64,000 nucleotides of DNA from Octopus sinensis (Eukaryota). The stretch is from positions 17,670,001-17,734,000 of the forward strand of contig NC_043002.1 in NCBI RefSeq assembly GCF_006345805.1. The letters run 5' to 3'. Of this stretch, positions 13,107 to 27,205 are shown one piece after another (the first letter of the stretch is position 1; every line of letters starts with the position of its first letter). The notes below the pieces were generated by a model that was not told the DNA's origin, did no database searches, and saw nothing but the letters and a program-made list of their open reading frames with translations. The translations under genes were made by a program, and so were the position numbers.

Positions 13107-13440
13107 GTGAAACTGCTGCCATATTTTGCGTCTTCGAACATGCCTTTAGATCTGACTCATCTAGTTATCAACATTTAAATGCTAGTTTGAAGTCTGAAAT
13201 TTAACCCACACATTCCTAAAAGGAAAGGATCAATGTCCCAATATTATGCAAAGAAAACTTGTGGATCAGACTCTGACCAACTAGTTCCATCCATCTCCCT
13301 ACATTGCTTTGAGGACCGTTAAAACACGACCTCAAAATCCGAAGCTGACTACCAAAATAGATTCACTTGATTACAAAGCTTTAGACAAATTTACTGAATA
13401 AATATTATCCATAAAATCTTTCCATCTCAAACTATACTAA

Positions 13441-13735
13441 GACGACCAGGGTCCCAGCTAATACGATCAACTGAACAGCCTGCACATGAAATTAACGTGC
13501 AAGTGACTGAGCAATCTACAACCACGCGTACCTCTTAGTTCTCAGGGAGATTCAGCGTGACAAAAAGTGTGACAAAGCCGACCCTTTGAAATACAGGTAC
13601 AACTCATTTTTGCCAGCTGAGTGAACTAGAACGACGTGAAATAAACTGTCTTGCTCAAGGACACAACGCGTGAGCCGCAATCGTGAGCCGCAATCGTGAG
13701 CCGCATGCCCTAACCACTAAGTCACGCGACTTCAC
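13441..13735 (-). mobile_element. SINE family D (GTTGTGTCCTTGAGCAAGACA box; 3' module shared with family B)
   Basis: Head GCGTGACTTAGTGGTTAGGG, box GTTGTGTCCTTGAGCAAGACAG, tail GTACCTGTATTTCAAAGGG..GTCACGCTGAATCTCCC..GCAGGCTGTTCAGTTGATCG as in family B. Confidence 0.8.
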
Positions 13736-13776
13736 ACACACATATATATATGTTTGTACGTATTTGTGTACGTATG

Positions 13777-13817
<41 letters not shown>

Positions 13818-13881
13818 TATATATGTGTGTGTGTGTATGTATGCATGTATGTATGTATATACATGTATGTATATATATATG

Positions 13882-13913
<32 letters not shown>

Positions 13914-14300
13914 ACGGATATATGTATGTACATATATATGTATGTATATATATATATATGTATGTATATATGTATATATATGTATGTATATATGTAAATA
14001 TATATATATATGTATATATATATGTATGTATATATATGAGTATGTATGTATGGAAATATATGTATATGTATGTATATATATATATGTATATGTATGTATG
14101 TATGTATATATATATACGTATGTATGTATGTATATATATATATATGTATGTATGTATTATATATATATGTATATGTTATGTTATATATATGCATATGTAT
14201 GTATGTATATATGTATGTATTATATATATATATATATATATAATATAATATGTATGTATGTATATATATATATATATATATTATGTATTGTGTATATACT
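13736..14300. repeat. Compound (TA)/(TG)/(TATG) microsatellite
   Basis: Read directly. Confidence 0.95.
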
Positions 14301-14585
14301 TTGATACTTTGATACTTTGATAGGTTTCGGCCATTATTGGCCCAGGCCATGTCTAACTTAATAGCACCACCTGGTGAAGTCTTTCAAGTCAGAATTTGGG
14401 CACTATGGCCCACTCAAGTAGAGAGTTATGTTTTTACAGAGACATATCCGGGTGTAGGGGGTTTTTCCGGGATTTCTTGAAGGAATCTGTCCAAAGACTT
14501 CTTGAACCCTATAGGGTCAGTTTCTGTTTTAATGTGTTTTGGTGTAATGTTAAAGAGAGCGGGGCCAATTGAGGTGAAATTGAGG
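14300..14585 (-). mobile_element. CR1-clade LINE 3' end
   Basis: Reverse strand encodes [33 protein letters not shown] and ends GGTGCTATTAAGTTAGACATGGCCTGGGCC..(ATCAAAGT)n; same family as 40853-41600. Confidence 0.85.
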
Positions 14586-14798
14586 TGCATATATATATGC
14601 ATGTATGTGTATATATATATATGTATGTATGTGTATATATATATATATATGTATGTATATATATATATATGTATGTGTATATATGTATATATGTATGTGT
14701 ATATATATATATGTATGTATGTATATATATGTATGTATGTAAGTGTATATATATATATATATGTATGTATGTATGTATATAATATATATGTATGTATG

Positions 14799-14834
<36 letters not shown>

Positions 14835-15019
14835 AATGTATTATATATATTATATATATATATATATGTATGTATATATATATATATTTATGTATTATTA
14901 TATATATATGTATGTATGTATGTATATATATATGTATGTATGTATGTATATATATATATGTATGTATGTATATATATATGTATGTATGTATCTATATATA
15001 TATATATGTATGTATGTAT
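14586..15019. repeat. Compound (TATG)/(TA) microsatellite
   Basis: Read directly. Confidence 0.95.
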
Positions 15020-16348
15020 CAATATACCGGTTTCCCTTACATCCATAATCAGCAAGATGTTCGAAACCATCCTTAAGAAGAGTATGATGCTCCACCTCCT
15101 AAACACAGCCTCGATCACTGATTCCCAACACGCCTTCGTGCCGAAGAGATCATGCTTGACCAACTTACTAGTAATGGAAGAATTGGTGACGCGCATCCTC
15201 GATGATAGTGATGCTGTTGACATCGTTTTATTGGACTTTGCCAAAGCTTTTGACTCGGTAAACCACCGCCTACTACTTGTCAAGCTTCAAGCATATAGTT
15301 TCCATCCGGATATTGTACGATGGGTTGGTGCCTTCCTCTCAGATCGCTCCTTCCAAGTTCAAGTTAATGGTTCGCGGTACGACGTCGTCCCTGCGAGCAG
15401 TGGCGTGCCTCAAGGTTCAGTGCTTGGACCTTGTTGTTCTTAGTCTTCATAAATGACTTGCCCGACGACCTCACGCAACACACCCTTCTATTTGCCGACG
15501 ATATCAAACTGGTCGCTCCACCAAATTTGGAAGTGGTCTAACGATTGGGACCTGTGTCTGAACGTGTCAAAGTGCTGTCATCTGCCTGTCGGCTCTACTC
15601 CTGCAACTCAACTTGATTTCGAGCCGGGTCGTCTGCTGCTGGAGAGGACCGATCAGGTAAAGGACCTGGGTATCTTGTTGGATTCCTCCTTTTCGCCTTC
15701 GGCCCAGTGCGTCCATGCTGCCAACAAAGCGCGCGGAATTCTGTTTTTGATTCGGCGGTCATTCGGAATGCTCACAGCAGCCATATTCCTGCCACTCTAT
15801 GTCACGCTGGTGAGACCCATATTGGAGTATGGGATTCAAGCCTCTTCTCCTTATCTCCTCAAAGACATACAGCACCTCGAAAGAGTCCAGAGGCTGGCTA
15901 CCCGCTTGGTTCATGGTCTCAAAAATTTGTCCTACGAAGAAAGGCTGAGGACGCTCGACCTTTATTCTCTTGAAAAACGCCGCCGCCGTGGTGATCTCAT
16001 TCTCGCCCACAACATCATAAGCGGGAAGTGTAAACTCTCGAAAGAGCTGTTCTTCACTCCTGCTCCGGAGCGTCGGCTGCGGGGTCATTCCGAAAAGCTC
16101 TACCTGCGACGATTTCATCTCAATCGAAGGAGAGGAGCTTTCTCCGTCCGGGTTGCGGATCCGTGGAACAAGCTGCCAGACGAGATGGTGAAGATGCCGC
16201 CGACCGCTTTGTTCAAAGCCTCCCTGGACCTCAAGTGGCCTGAACTCTTTACATGAACACCACCCTGTACTTAACTCCATGTCCCCCTACATGGTCTTGC
16301 TATTTTCTTTTGAGCCAAATTAACTAACTAACTAACTAACTAACTAAC
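15020..16348 (+). mobile_element. 5'-truncated CR1-clade LINE (RT and C-terminal region), lightly decayed
   Basis: [93 protein letters not shown]; frameshift near 15436; short 3' UTR and (TAAC)n tail. Confidence 0.95.
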
Positions 16349-16380
16349 ATATGTATGTATGTATATATATATATGTGTGT

Positions 16381-16450
16381 GCTATTAAGTTAGACATGGC
16401 CTGGGCCAATACTGGCCAAAACCTTTCTAAGTTATTCTAAGTTATTACGT
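16381..16450 (+). mobile_element. CR1 extreme 3' end fragment, copy 1
   Basis: GCTATTAAGTTAGACATGGCCTGGGCCAATACTGGCCAAAACCTTTCTAAGTTATTCTAAGTTAT matches the tail at 41535-41600. Confidence 0.8.
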
Positions 16451-16464
16451 ATATATATATATAT

Positions 16465-16523
16465 AAGTTAGACATGGCCTGGGCCAATACTGGCCAAAAC
16501 CTTTCTAAGTTATTCTAAGTTAT
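16465..16523 (+). mobile_element. CR1 extreme 3' end fragment, copy 2 (tandem duplicate)
   Basis: Apparently identical to 16387-16446. Confidence 0.8.
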
Positions 16524-18149
<1,626 letters not shown>

Positions 18150-18367
18150 ATGAATAAATAACTAAATCGAGTTGAACGAAGATGTTAACAAAATTCCTTT
18201 ACTCTCGACTTATGCTTCGAAGAAAACATGGCTTTATTCCAAAGGAATAAACGGTGCAAGATGCAATCTTCTCATCCTGTGGAATAAAACCACGTTGTCT
18301 TGGAAACATATGTCGAGAGTAAAGGGACTTTGTTAACATCTTCGTTCAACTCCATTTATTTATTCAT
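18150..18367. mobile_element. Fold-back element (probable PLE end in inverted arrangement)
   Basis: 18150-18246 pairs with the reverse complement of 18275-18367; the right arm carries GAAAC-ATAT-GTC, a hammerhead helix III and cleavage-site pattern. Confidence 0.7.
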
Positions 18368-18714
18368 ATATAACACACACATTTCTGCACATGAACTCGG
18401 AGTTTCTACCCCTGGACAGGTCGCTTCAACCGTGTTTCTGACGTGAATTTGCTACCTTGGTATCGGTTCATCGAAGAATTTTCCATGTTGACGGTAAACA
18501 TAGGATAATTCATTCACCTATCGAAATATATATATATATATATAAATATATATATATACGCACACATACATACATTTATATGTATATATAATATATATAT
18601 ATATATATATAAGTGCTGTGATTTTTGTGTTTACTGCTGTGATTTTTGCTACTAAGGTATCGGTTAAACTTTTGATTAATCTACTACAAGATTATTCATC
18701 TTTCTATTCACATA

Positions 18715-18747
<33 letters not shown>

Positions 18748-19522
18748 CAATTGTCTGTGTGTGAGAGAGAGAGAGAAGGGATGTAAGGCTTCGTGGAGTG
18801 GATTTCATAATATATGAGTAAACATCGAAGTTTCTTTAAAATAAATATTTAAATCTTCTTCATATATTGACTAGTTGATTCTGTTTATGCTTCCGCGCAA
18901 TATATATTTAAAGCACACAACACACAGGTCCGTTATTAATATATAAGTCTGCTTCTTTGTTTGAACAATTTTTAAACATATAGACAAATGATTAAGTGTG
19001 GAAGCAACGTATAAACCACTTTCGTGAAAATCATTGCAATAACGATGCGTAATGTATAAAAAAAAATGCATCAGGGCTCTGAAAACTTCATTATAAGGAT
19101 TACACTGAATTTATATTCATCTTTAAAGAAATCGTCTGCATTTATCACAAAAAAAAACGAATAAAGATTTAGAACGTTAGATCTCTCTTTCTGCCTAATA
19201 TTCTGTTACAACTAACTGATGGCGATATATTTCTTACGATTAAGAATATCAAGGAAAACATCTATCTGTTTACTAAAATCTTGTAGTGTAAGATTATTGA
19301 ATTTAAAATAAACAAATGTTTATTTTAAACTGAGAACTATGAAAGGAGGAATTGAGCAGCACAAGGAAAGGTTTCAAAACACGAACTCAGTAACGATAGA
19401 TGGATTTTGAGTAACGTCTTCGATTGAATCTTTGCCAACGCATATGTACATGTCCGTATGTACATGTGAATGTAGGAATATATACATCTATACGTATATA
19501 CACATATACACACATATATATA

Positions 19523-19759
19523 CTCTCTTTTATTCTTTTACTTGTTTCAGATATATGACTGCGGCCATGCTGGAACACCGCCTTTAGTCGAGGAAATCGA
19601 ACCCGGGACTTCTTCTTTGTAAGCCTAGTACTTATTTTATCAGTCTCTTTTGCCGAACCTCTAAGTGACGGGGACAATAAACATACCAGCATCGGTTGTC
19701 AAGCAATGCTAGCGGACAAACACAGACACGCAAACATACACACACACACACACACACAC

Positions 19760-19806
<47 letters not shown>

Positions 19807-19965
19807 AATACGACGGGCTTCTTTCAGTTTCTGCCTACCAAATCCACTCAGAAGGCTTTACTCGGCCCGAGGCTATTGTAGAAGACACTTGCCAAAGGTG
19901 TCACGCAGTGAGACTGAACCCGGAACTATGTGGTTGGTAAGCAAATTACTTACCACACAGCCACT
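19523..19965 (-). mobile_element. SINE family A (tRNA-type head, CCTTGGGCAAG box, internal microsatellite, (TAAAAGAG)n tail)
   Basis: Reverse complement of the family A sequence seen at 29999-30423; 5' tip lost next to a family B copy. Confidence 0.9.
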
Positions 19966-19967
19966 GG

Positions 19968-20282
19968 AAATGGAAGCACTCCGTCGGTTACGACGACGAG
20001 GGTTCCGGTTGATCCGATCAACGGCACAGCCTGCTCGTGAAATTAACGCGTAAGTGGCTGAGCACTCCATAGACACGTGTACCCTTAACGTAGTTCTCGG
20101 GGATATTCAGCGTGACACAGAGAGTGACAAGGCCGGCCCCTTGAAATACAGGTACAACAGAAACAGGAAGTAAGAGTGAGAGAAAGTTGTGGTGAAAGAG
20201 TACAGCAGGGATCACCACCATCCCCTGCCGGAGCCTCGTGGAGCTTTAGGTGTTTTCGCTCAATAAACACTCACAACGCCCG
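19968..20282 (-). mobile_element. SINE family B, 5'-truncated
   Basis: Closely matches 56874-57190. Confidence 0.9.
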
Positions 20283-21074
20283 CAACTATATAATATACAT
20301 ATAAATAATATTTTTTATATATCTTTGTGTATATATATATATATATATTTACACACATATATATGTTTAGGTTCGCGTATATTTATGTATATTTATATAA
20401 TTATCTGCATGCGATTTCCTCACAGATACTTACATGTATTTATTACGTCTTAGCGTGTAAATATATGTAGGTATAATTGCAAGATGTGACTGTTGCGGTG
20501 CCCATTTATTTTGTGTTCTTTATTCTTTATTTTATATATATTTCTGTATTTCTGTAAATATAAATGTTTGAACGTATCTAAATTTGCACATACATTCAAC
20601 AATATATGTATTTATTTACCTATTACTTTACCCATTTTATTTTACTTACCTATTTATTCACCCTTGTTACTTAAAATTTTATAAATATATTTGCCTTTAT
20701 TTGATACTTATATATACGGTTTATTACTATATATTACTTCTCTTTATACTTTTAATGTTTGCCGAGAGCATAATATATCATCTTTTTATACTTTTTCTCT
20801 AAACATACTAACTTTCCCCCTTTATAAGTGTTATACCAACCTATATATATATAGATATATATGTGTGTGTGTGTGTATGTGTGTGTGTGTGTATGTATGT
20901 ATATGCATACATGTATACATTTATGGCCACACATTAACACCCGTCCACCTCGGGAGAGGTGATAGTCTACGTACAATTCCGGGACCTCCAGTTTACGTGG
21001 ACGAAACACCCGTTGAAGGAGAACGCCTTCGCACTTCTCTGTATCGACAGATGCCACGACAACGTCTTTTACAT

Positions 21075-21489
21075 TTTCTTTCTTTCTTTCTTTCTTTTCT
21101 TGTTTCAGTCATTTGACTGCGGCCATGCTGGAGCACCGCCTTGAGTCGAGCAAATCGACCCCAGGACTTATTCTTTGTAAGCCCAGTACTTATTTTATCG
21201 GTCTCTTTTGTCGAACCGCTAAGTGGCGGGGATGTAAACACACCAGCATCGGTTGTCAAGCAATGCTAGGGGGACAAACACAGGCATACAAACACACACA
21301 CACACACACATATAAATACATATATACGACAGGCTTCTTTCAGTTTCCGTTTACCAAATCCCCTCACAAGGCATTGGTCGGCCCGGGGCTATAGCAGAAG
21401 ACACCTGCCCAAGACGCCACACAGTGGGACTGAACCCGGAACCATGTGGCTGGTTAGCAAGCTACTTACCACACAGCCACTCCTGCGCC
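21075..21489 (-). mobile_element. SINE family A
   Basis: Full-length reverse copy with (AAAG)n tail. Confidence 0.92.
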
Positions 21490-21504
21490 ACATAGATATA
21501 TAAG

Positions 21505-22900
21505 TTTATGTAGGCAAGAAATATTTTTTTCATGAAAGTGTACCTGTTACAACAAATCTATGTACTATGCTGGATACATTTTGATCTTCGTCTGGTATGT
21601 TGATTTAATAGTAGACAATAGTAGTAATCTCTCTCTATATAAACGGCAGTTTGTCTGTGCGTGTTTCTGTGTGTCTGTTTGCTTGTACCCTCACTCTGAC
21701 CACGGCTTTCAACCGATTCTGATGAAACTTGACACACACATAGCCCAATGTCATAATTCAAAACTAACGCAGCGGAAATTTTGAAAAGTTCCCCCAGTTC
21801 TGAAAGAAATCGATAAATTCGACATGGGGTCGAGAATCAATCAAACAAAAATAAACCACAGACTGTCTAGGGGACGCAACTCAGCCTTTTTTTACTCTCA
21901 AAAAAAATTTACCATCATTTTTTTTCCATTTTTTTGCTATTTTTTGGCTATAACTCTCTAAAAATGCTTTATAGTTATTTCCCTTACAAACCTGAGCAAC
22001 GCCGGGCGATACTGCTAGTCATACATATATAAAGAAGCCGAACAAACTCAAATATATTTTCTTGCAGAATAAAAATTAATATCTTAATAATCTTAATAAA
22101 AATATAGTAGATTCTATAGTAGATCATATGGCTTATTATCTTATATGCCATGAAAATAAAAACTAATTTTCTGAAACATAGTTATAAGCTAATTAATAAA
22201 CATTTTAATATGAATAATAAATATGAAATTATCAGTAATAAAAAAATTTAAGATATGATATAGTTTAACTTAAAATTTGGCTACTGTTATAGATATTGTA
22301 AATAATAAAAAAAGAAATTAGACTTATTTTACTCAAATAAAAAAATGTGCTAATTATAACTCACCTGATACCATAAATACACAGGATATTATTAATAATA
22401 CTAGACATTAATCAATAAAGAAAGCATTATTAATTATAATCGGAACTCTCCAACTAATGTAACTGATATTTTTTATAAAACATGTGATTGTAAAGATAAA
22501 CATAGCTTTTGTGCTAAAAATTTATGTAAAATGAAGAATGTAGTATATCAATGTAAAGTTACTACAAACATTAATAAGTATATTTATATTGGATCAATTA
22601 TGAAATTAATATTTCCTCAACACATTTATATACATATAGTAATAGGAAAAAAGGATCTAAGTAATTTCATTCGGGAGCTTTAAGATTTAAAAAATAACTT
22701 TAATATCGAATGATACACTATTAGAAACAAGAAGTCCCTTTTTGTTTGAAGGAGAAATTATTTATTGTAACAGGTACACTTTCATGAAAAAATATTTCTT
22801 GCCTACATAAAATAAATACGTATTTAAAAAATATAAATGATTTTTTAAAATAAATGTTGTAATTAATATGATTATATATTGATGGCTTAAAAAAGAAAAC
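21505..22900 (+). mobile_element. AT-rich Penelope-like element remnant with an inverted terminal copy; hosts a Helitron
   Basis: 21505-21555 is an inverted copy of 22761-22811. Decayed ORF: KTNFLKHSYKLINKHFNMNNKYEIISNKKFKI.YSLT.NLATVI, then KTCDCKDKHSFCAKNLCKMKNVVYQCKVTTNINKYIYIGS..LSNFIREL.DLKNNFNIE (GIY-YIG with Cys-rich linker). Confidence 0.75.
21628..22018 (+). mobile_element. Non-autonomous Helitron
   Basis: 5' TC, 3' hairpin CCTGAGCAACGCCGGG then CTAG, inserted between A and T, no TSD. Confidence 0.85.
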
Positions 22901-23050
22901 TTTAGCTATTGTTTAACATAAATATAAAACTATTATAATTAAAATTACTATATAGAATTTAAATAATTCATGTTTCCCCAATATGTAGATAAGTGTATAT
23001 AGATATAAATATAATGAAACTACACATAGGACACTTTGTCTCTCTCCCGC

Positions 23051-23054
<4 letters not shown>

Positions 23055-23133
<79 letters not shown>

Positions 23134-23142
23134 ATATTATAT

Positions 23143-23180
<38 letters not shown>
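23055..23180. repeat. (TA)n microsatellite
   Basis: Read directly. Confidence 0.95.
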
Positions 23181-23613
23181 CGAGAAAGAAGCAACAAGAA
23201 TGGATTGGTTTTTAGTACAATTGTTTCATACAAAGACACGCTTTATTACAAGTTGCAATAATTGCAGCAGATAAAAGGTCCCGTACTCATCAGCTAAAAT
23301 ACATTTGAGTTCTCTAGACATCTTAGTGGGTGAGGTTATACTCATGAAATATTGGAGATAGTTCCATTAGAGGCAGATATAGGTTAGTTTATATATATGT
23401 ATATATGTATGCATGCATGTGCTATGAGGGTGTATATAGGGGTATGTGTGGGGATATATATATGTCTGTGTAAGGATATATATATCTGTATATGTCTGTT
23501 TATTTATAAAGGTGTATACATCTAAGGATGGATATATGTGCATATATATATGTATCTATATATAGATAGCTACGAAAAATGTATATCCAAGTGTATATAT
23601 CTGTTTATTAGTA

Positions 23614-23690
<77 letters not shown>

Positions 23691-23721
23691 ATGTAAGACT
23701 GTATGTATGTATGTATGTATG

Positions 23722-23794
<73 letters not shown>

Positions 23795-23798
<4 letters not shown>

Positions 23799-24000
23799 AC
23801 CATATTTGAATATATGCCGATTTCCTTCGACCGTCTTCCTTTCGATTGGACTTTCCGCTGTTTATGAAGAAGGGTGTTGCTCGAAACCTTAAACCATCTA
23901 TCTTTCATTCTCGAGTGTCTGCTAATACTTTACATGTACCACGTTCTCACGCTATTGCTTTTTCTGTGTTTGTTGTTGTTCTTCTGTTTTGGATTTACTA
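23795..24000 (+). mobile_element. Probable PLE terminal fragment with degenerate hammerhead-like motif
   Basis: ATGAAGA-AGGGTGTTGCTC-GAAAC at 23864-23887; homologous to 41740-41890; flanked by (TA)n. Confidence 0.5.
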
Positions 24001-24033
24001 TATATAAATATATATATATATATATATAATATA

Positions 24034-24873
24034 CTAGCAGTATTGCCCGGCTCGTGCGCTCGTGCGTTCTATGCACGCGCGAATTAAGCTAAACTTGGAT
24101 GAAGTTCAATCAAAATTCAATTATTTGGGTTTTAAAATAAAGCATTTGATGTCCTCTATTTTTGCGCTTATGTGTTCCATTTCCTCAAGAGGAAGTACGT
24201 AGAAGCGTTTCATAATTTTTTGTTGATCAAATAATTGCATTGTTGAATTATTCTTTTAGATCAGTATTTCTCAACGGGGATTTCAGGGGATAGTTTCAGG
24301 GAGTCGCTGGCAAAGTATCGTGATGATCAAAAATCTGGCCTGTTAAAATTTGGTTAATGTGATTCAAACTGCAGACTCAACGCAAAATGGTCACATTTAA
24401 TTCAAAGCGTTAAAACTGTTATGAAAACATTTGGTATGTGTTCACAAAGTCCAAACGATTAATACGAAAAAGCCCTCCAGGCTACATCCCGAAAATTCAT
24501 TTCTTTGCCGAATTTCTGCAATGTTTACAGTGATTCGTTTTTATATCTTGATTTTTTTATTATTTTTCATGCAATTTACGCACGCTTGCACGCGTGGTGA
24601 ACACAGTTCACGTCAAACAGCTGACTGAGTAAAGTTCACTATTCAATGCATAGGATAAGGCCTAAACAAACACCTTATCGATTTTTGTACTTGCGAGATA
24701 AATTTCGGAACAGATATAGCGCAGTTCAATTTTCATTCGCCTAAACTTTAAGTGACCCATTTTTGGTGGTTCTACAATTTGTTGGCTAGGAGGAGATGTA
24801 CCGGGAAGTTAAACACACAGGCATACACACAGATACACACACAGACACACAAGTTGAGTTTTATATATACAGA
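24034..24873 (-). mobile_element. Non-autonomous Helitron
   Basis: Minus strand starts A|TCTGTATATATAAAA and ends GCCGGGCAATACTGCTAG|T; the 3' end is nearly identical to that of 21628-22018. Confidence 0.8.
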
Positions 24874-25171
24874 TATATCTATAAATGGATGAGCATGTAG
24901 CTCTATATGGCAAGATTATACAATTATTTTCAGTTTCTCCACACTCAAAAATTAGAATATCAATTATCAAGTATGATTAATATATTATCTTACAATATTA
25001 TATTGGATATTAGTTCCCAATTTAATTAAATTTTCATTCTGATTTAGTTGATTTTTCGTTTCTGATGCAATAAATAATAAAATAGTCCTCTTAATTTACA
25101 TATTATTAGGAAATTTTGTTCAATTAATTTATAACCTATTCTTTTCGAATTAAATATTATATGAAAATGTA

Positions 25172-25250
<79 letters not shown>

Positions 25251-25321
25251 CCGGACTAAACACATAAATGTGAAACAAGGTGGAAAAAAGAGTACTAAAA
25301 TACCACGGGTAGAGTAATATG

Positions 25322-25442
25322 CTTTATTTAAAGCAGCAGAAGTCCAACAAAACCTGTTACTCGGAGTTAAAACTGTCTGACGAACGGAACGTGAAACTCC
25401 GAGTAAAAGGTTTTGTTGAATTTTTGCTGCTTTTAAATAAAG
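25322..25442. mobile_element. Fold-back PLE end, ~47-bp arms
   Basis: 25322-25368 pairs with the reverse complement of 25395-25442. Confidence 0.8.
25369..25414 (+). ncRNA. Minimal type I hammerhead ribozyme motif (PLE-associated)
   Basis: AAAACTGT-CTGACGA-AC GGAAC GT-GAAAC-TCCGA-GTA-AAAGGTTTT: canonical core, short helices II and III, GUA cleavage triplet; helix I has two mismatches. Confidence 0.6.
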
Positions 25443-25658
25443 TACATATATATATTTGAAATTTACAGAAAAACAAAAACCTAAGACAGGTTGTATAAAC
25501 AACAAGCTCGTGTGTTAGACTTTCGAGAAGGTGAGAATATATTTTACGTTTCGAGCCTATGCTCTTCGAAAATATGTATACAATTGTGTATGTTTGTATG
25601 ATCTATAAAATAATATATATATATAATAATTTTTATATTTAAAAATGCATATATGCAT

Positions 25659-25695
<37 letters not shown>

Positions 25696-26214
25696 CTATA
25701 TCTATATATATATATATATATATATATATAAGTATATATATGTATTTGTACTTTATCTCATGTATATGAATATGTATGTAAGTATATAAGACTTTATATA
25801 TATATCTATATAGATATTCATGTATATGTAAACGTATAAATGTATATATGTATACATATCTCGGTAATTGAATGTATAATATATGTGAAAATATATCAAT
25901 CTTATTTAATTGCTTGCTTTAGCTCGTTTTCCGTTCTCAATTTTTAATAGATTTCGTATTTCGTTTTGTTACCCTAAATAGAATAAATAGTAATCGCTCC
26001 TGTATTAACAGTATGATATAGTTGGAAAAATAGTAAGTTTAAATTATTGTATATATTTCTTTTATTTAGATTTTAATTACTGTAAAACCTAAGCTTTTAC
26101 GACATGTGTATATATGTTTACATATATATATATATATGGAATTGCGTATGTATGTTTGATATAATTATATATGGAGATAAATTCGTAAACTTGTGTGTAT
26201 CGGTGAGCAAATGA

Positions 26215-26285
<71 letters not shown>

Positions 26286-26718
26286 TACATATATTGGAAA
26301 GTACGTGTGTATATATGAATATTTATATAGGAATGTTTATATTTTGTCACATCATCGGTTATAGAACTAGAGACTAATTTGTTTCAATTTAAGAATTTAC
26401 GAAATTTCACTTAGTTTATTTATTTATTCTAAAGCATGTTCTTCAAAAACCTTTTTTTTAAAAAGCGTTTAAGATTATGAAAATATTTACCTGTGATTTT
26501 CGCAAAATAATTAACAAGATATGTGCATCTGGTGAAAATTCATTAGATTTAAAACGGTAATTTTAATTTTTTTAAAAACAAAAACTGTTATTTAAACATG
26601 TGGAAATAGATGTAACTAGTTTTGTCATTTGTATAGAAATAATAAAAATAAATTGAATTTATAATTTGATGGTTAAATTAATTAATTATTAAATCTTATT
26701 ATTTCGTTTCCATTTCTA

Positions 26719-26786
<68 letters not shown>

Positions 26787-27084
26787 TCACATATATACGT
26801 ATGCCAAACGCAAAACAAAGACAAAAAGCAAAGAGCTGTGGATCACAGAACGAGGAAATATATATACCAAGAACTATAAAGTTTCGGGCACCGTCCTATA
26901 AAGGAAAGAACAAAAAGACAGAGAAGAGTAATACTTTAGAACATAAACTAAAAATAAGCGAACCAGGAATATCTACTCATGGGTTAGTTAATAATCCTAA
27001 TGTATAAATACATACATAAATACAGAGGGAGGGAGTGACAGAGATAAAGAGAGAGACAGACACACAGACAACAAACAGTCAGCT

Positions 27085-27116
27085 AGATAGTTAGATAGAT
27101 AGATAGATAGATAGAC

Positions 27117-27205
<89 letters not shown>

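Noticed and set aside
20915-21070. GC-rich block resembling an LTR-retrotransposon 3' end
   Set aside because: Only a vague PPT-like motif; no diagnostic domain.
23270-23300. Minus-strand CTGATGAG hammerhead box
   Set aside because: No downstream GAAA or helix III.
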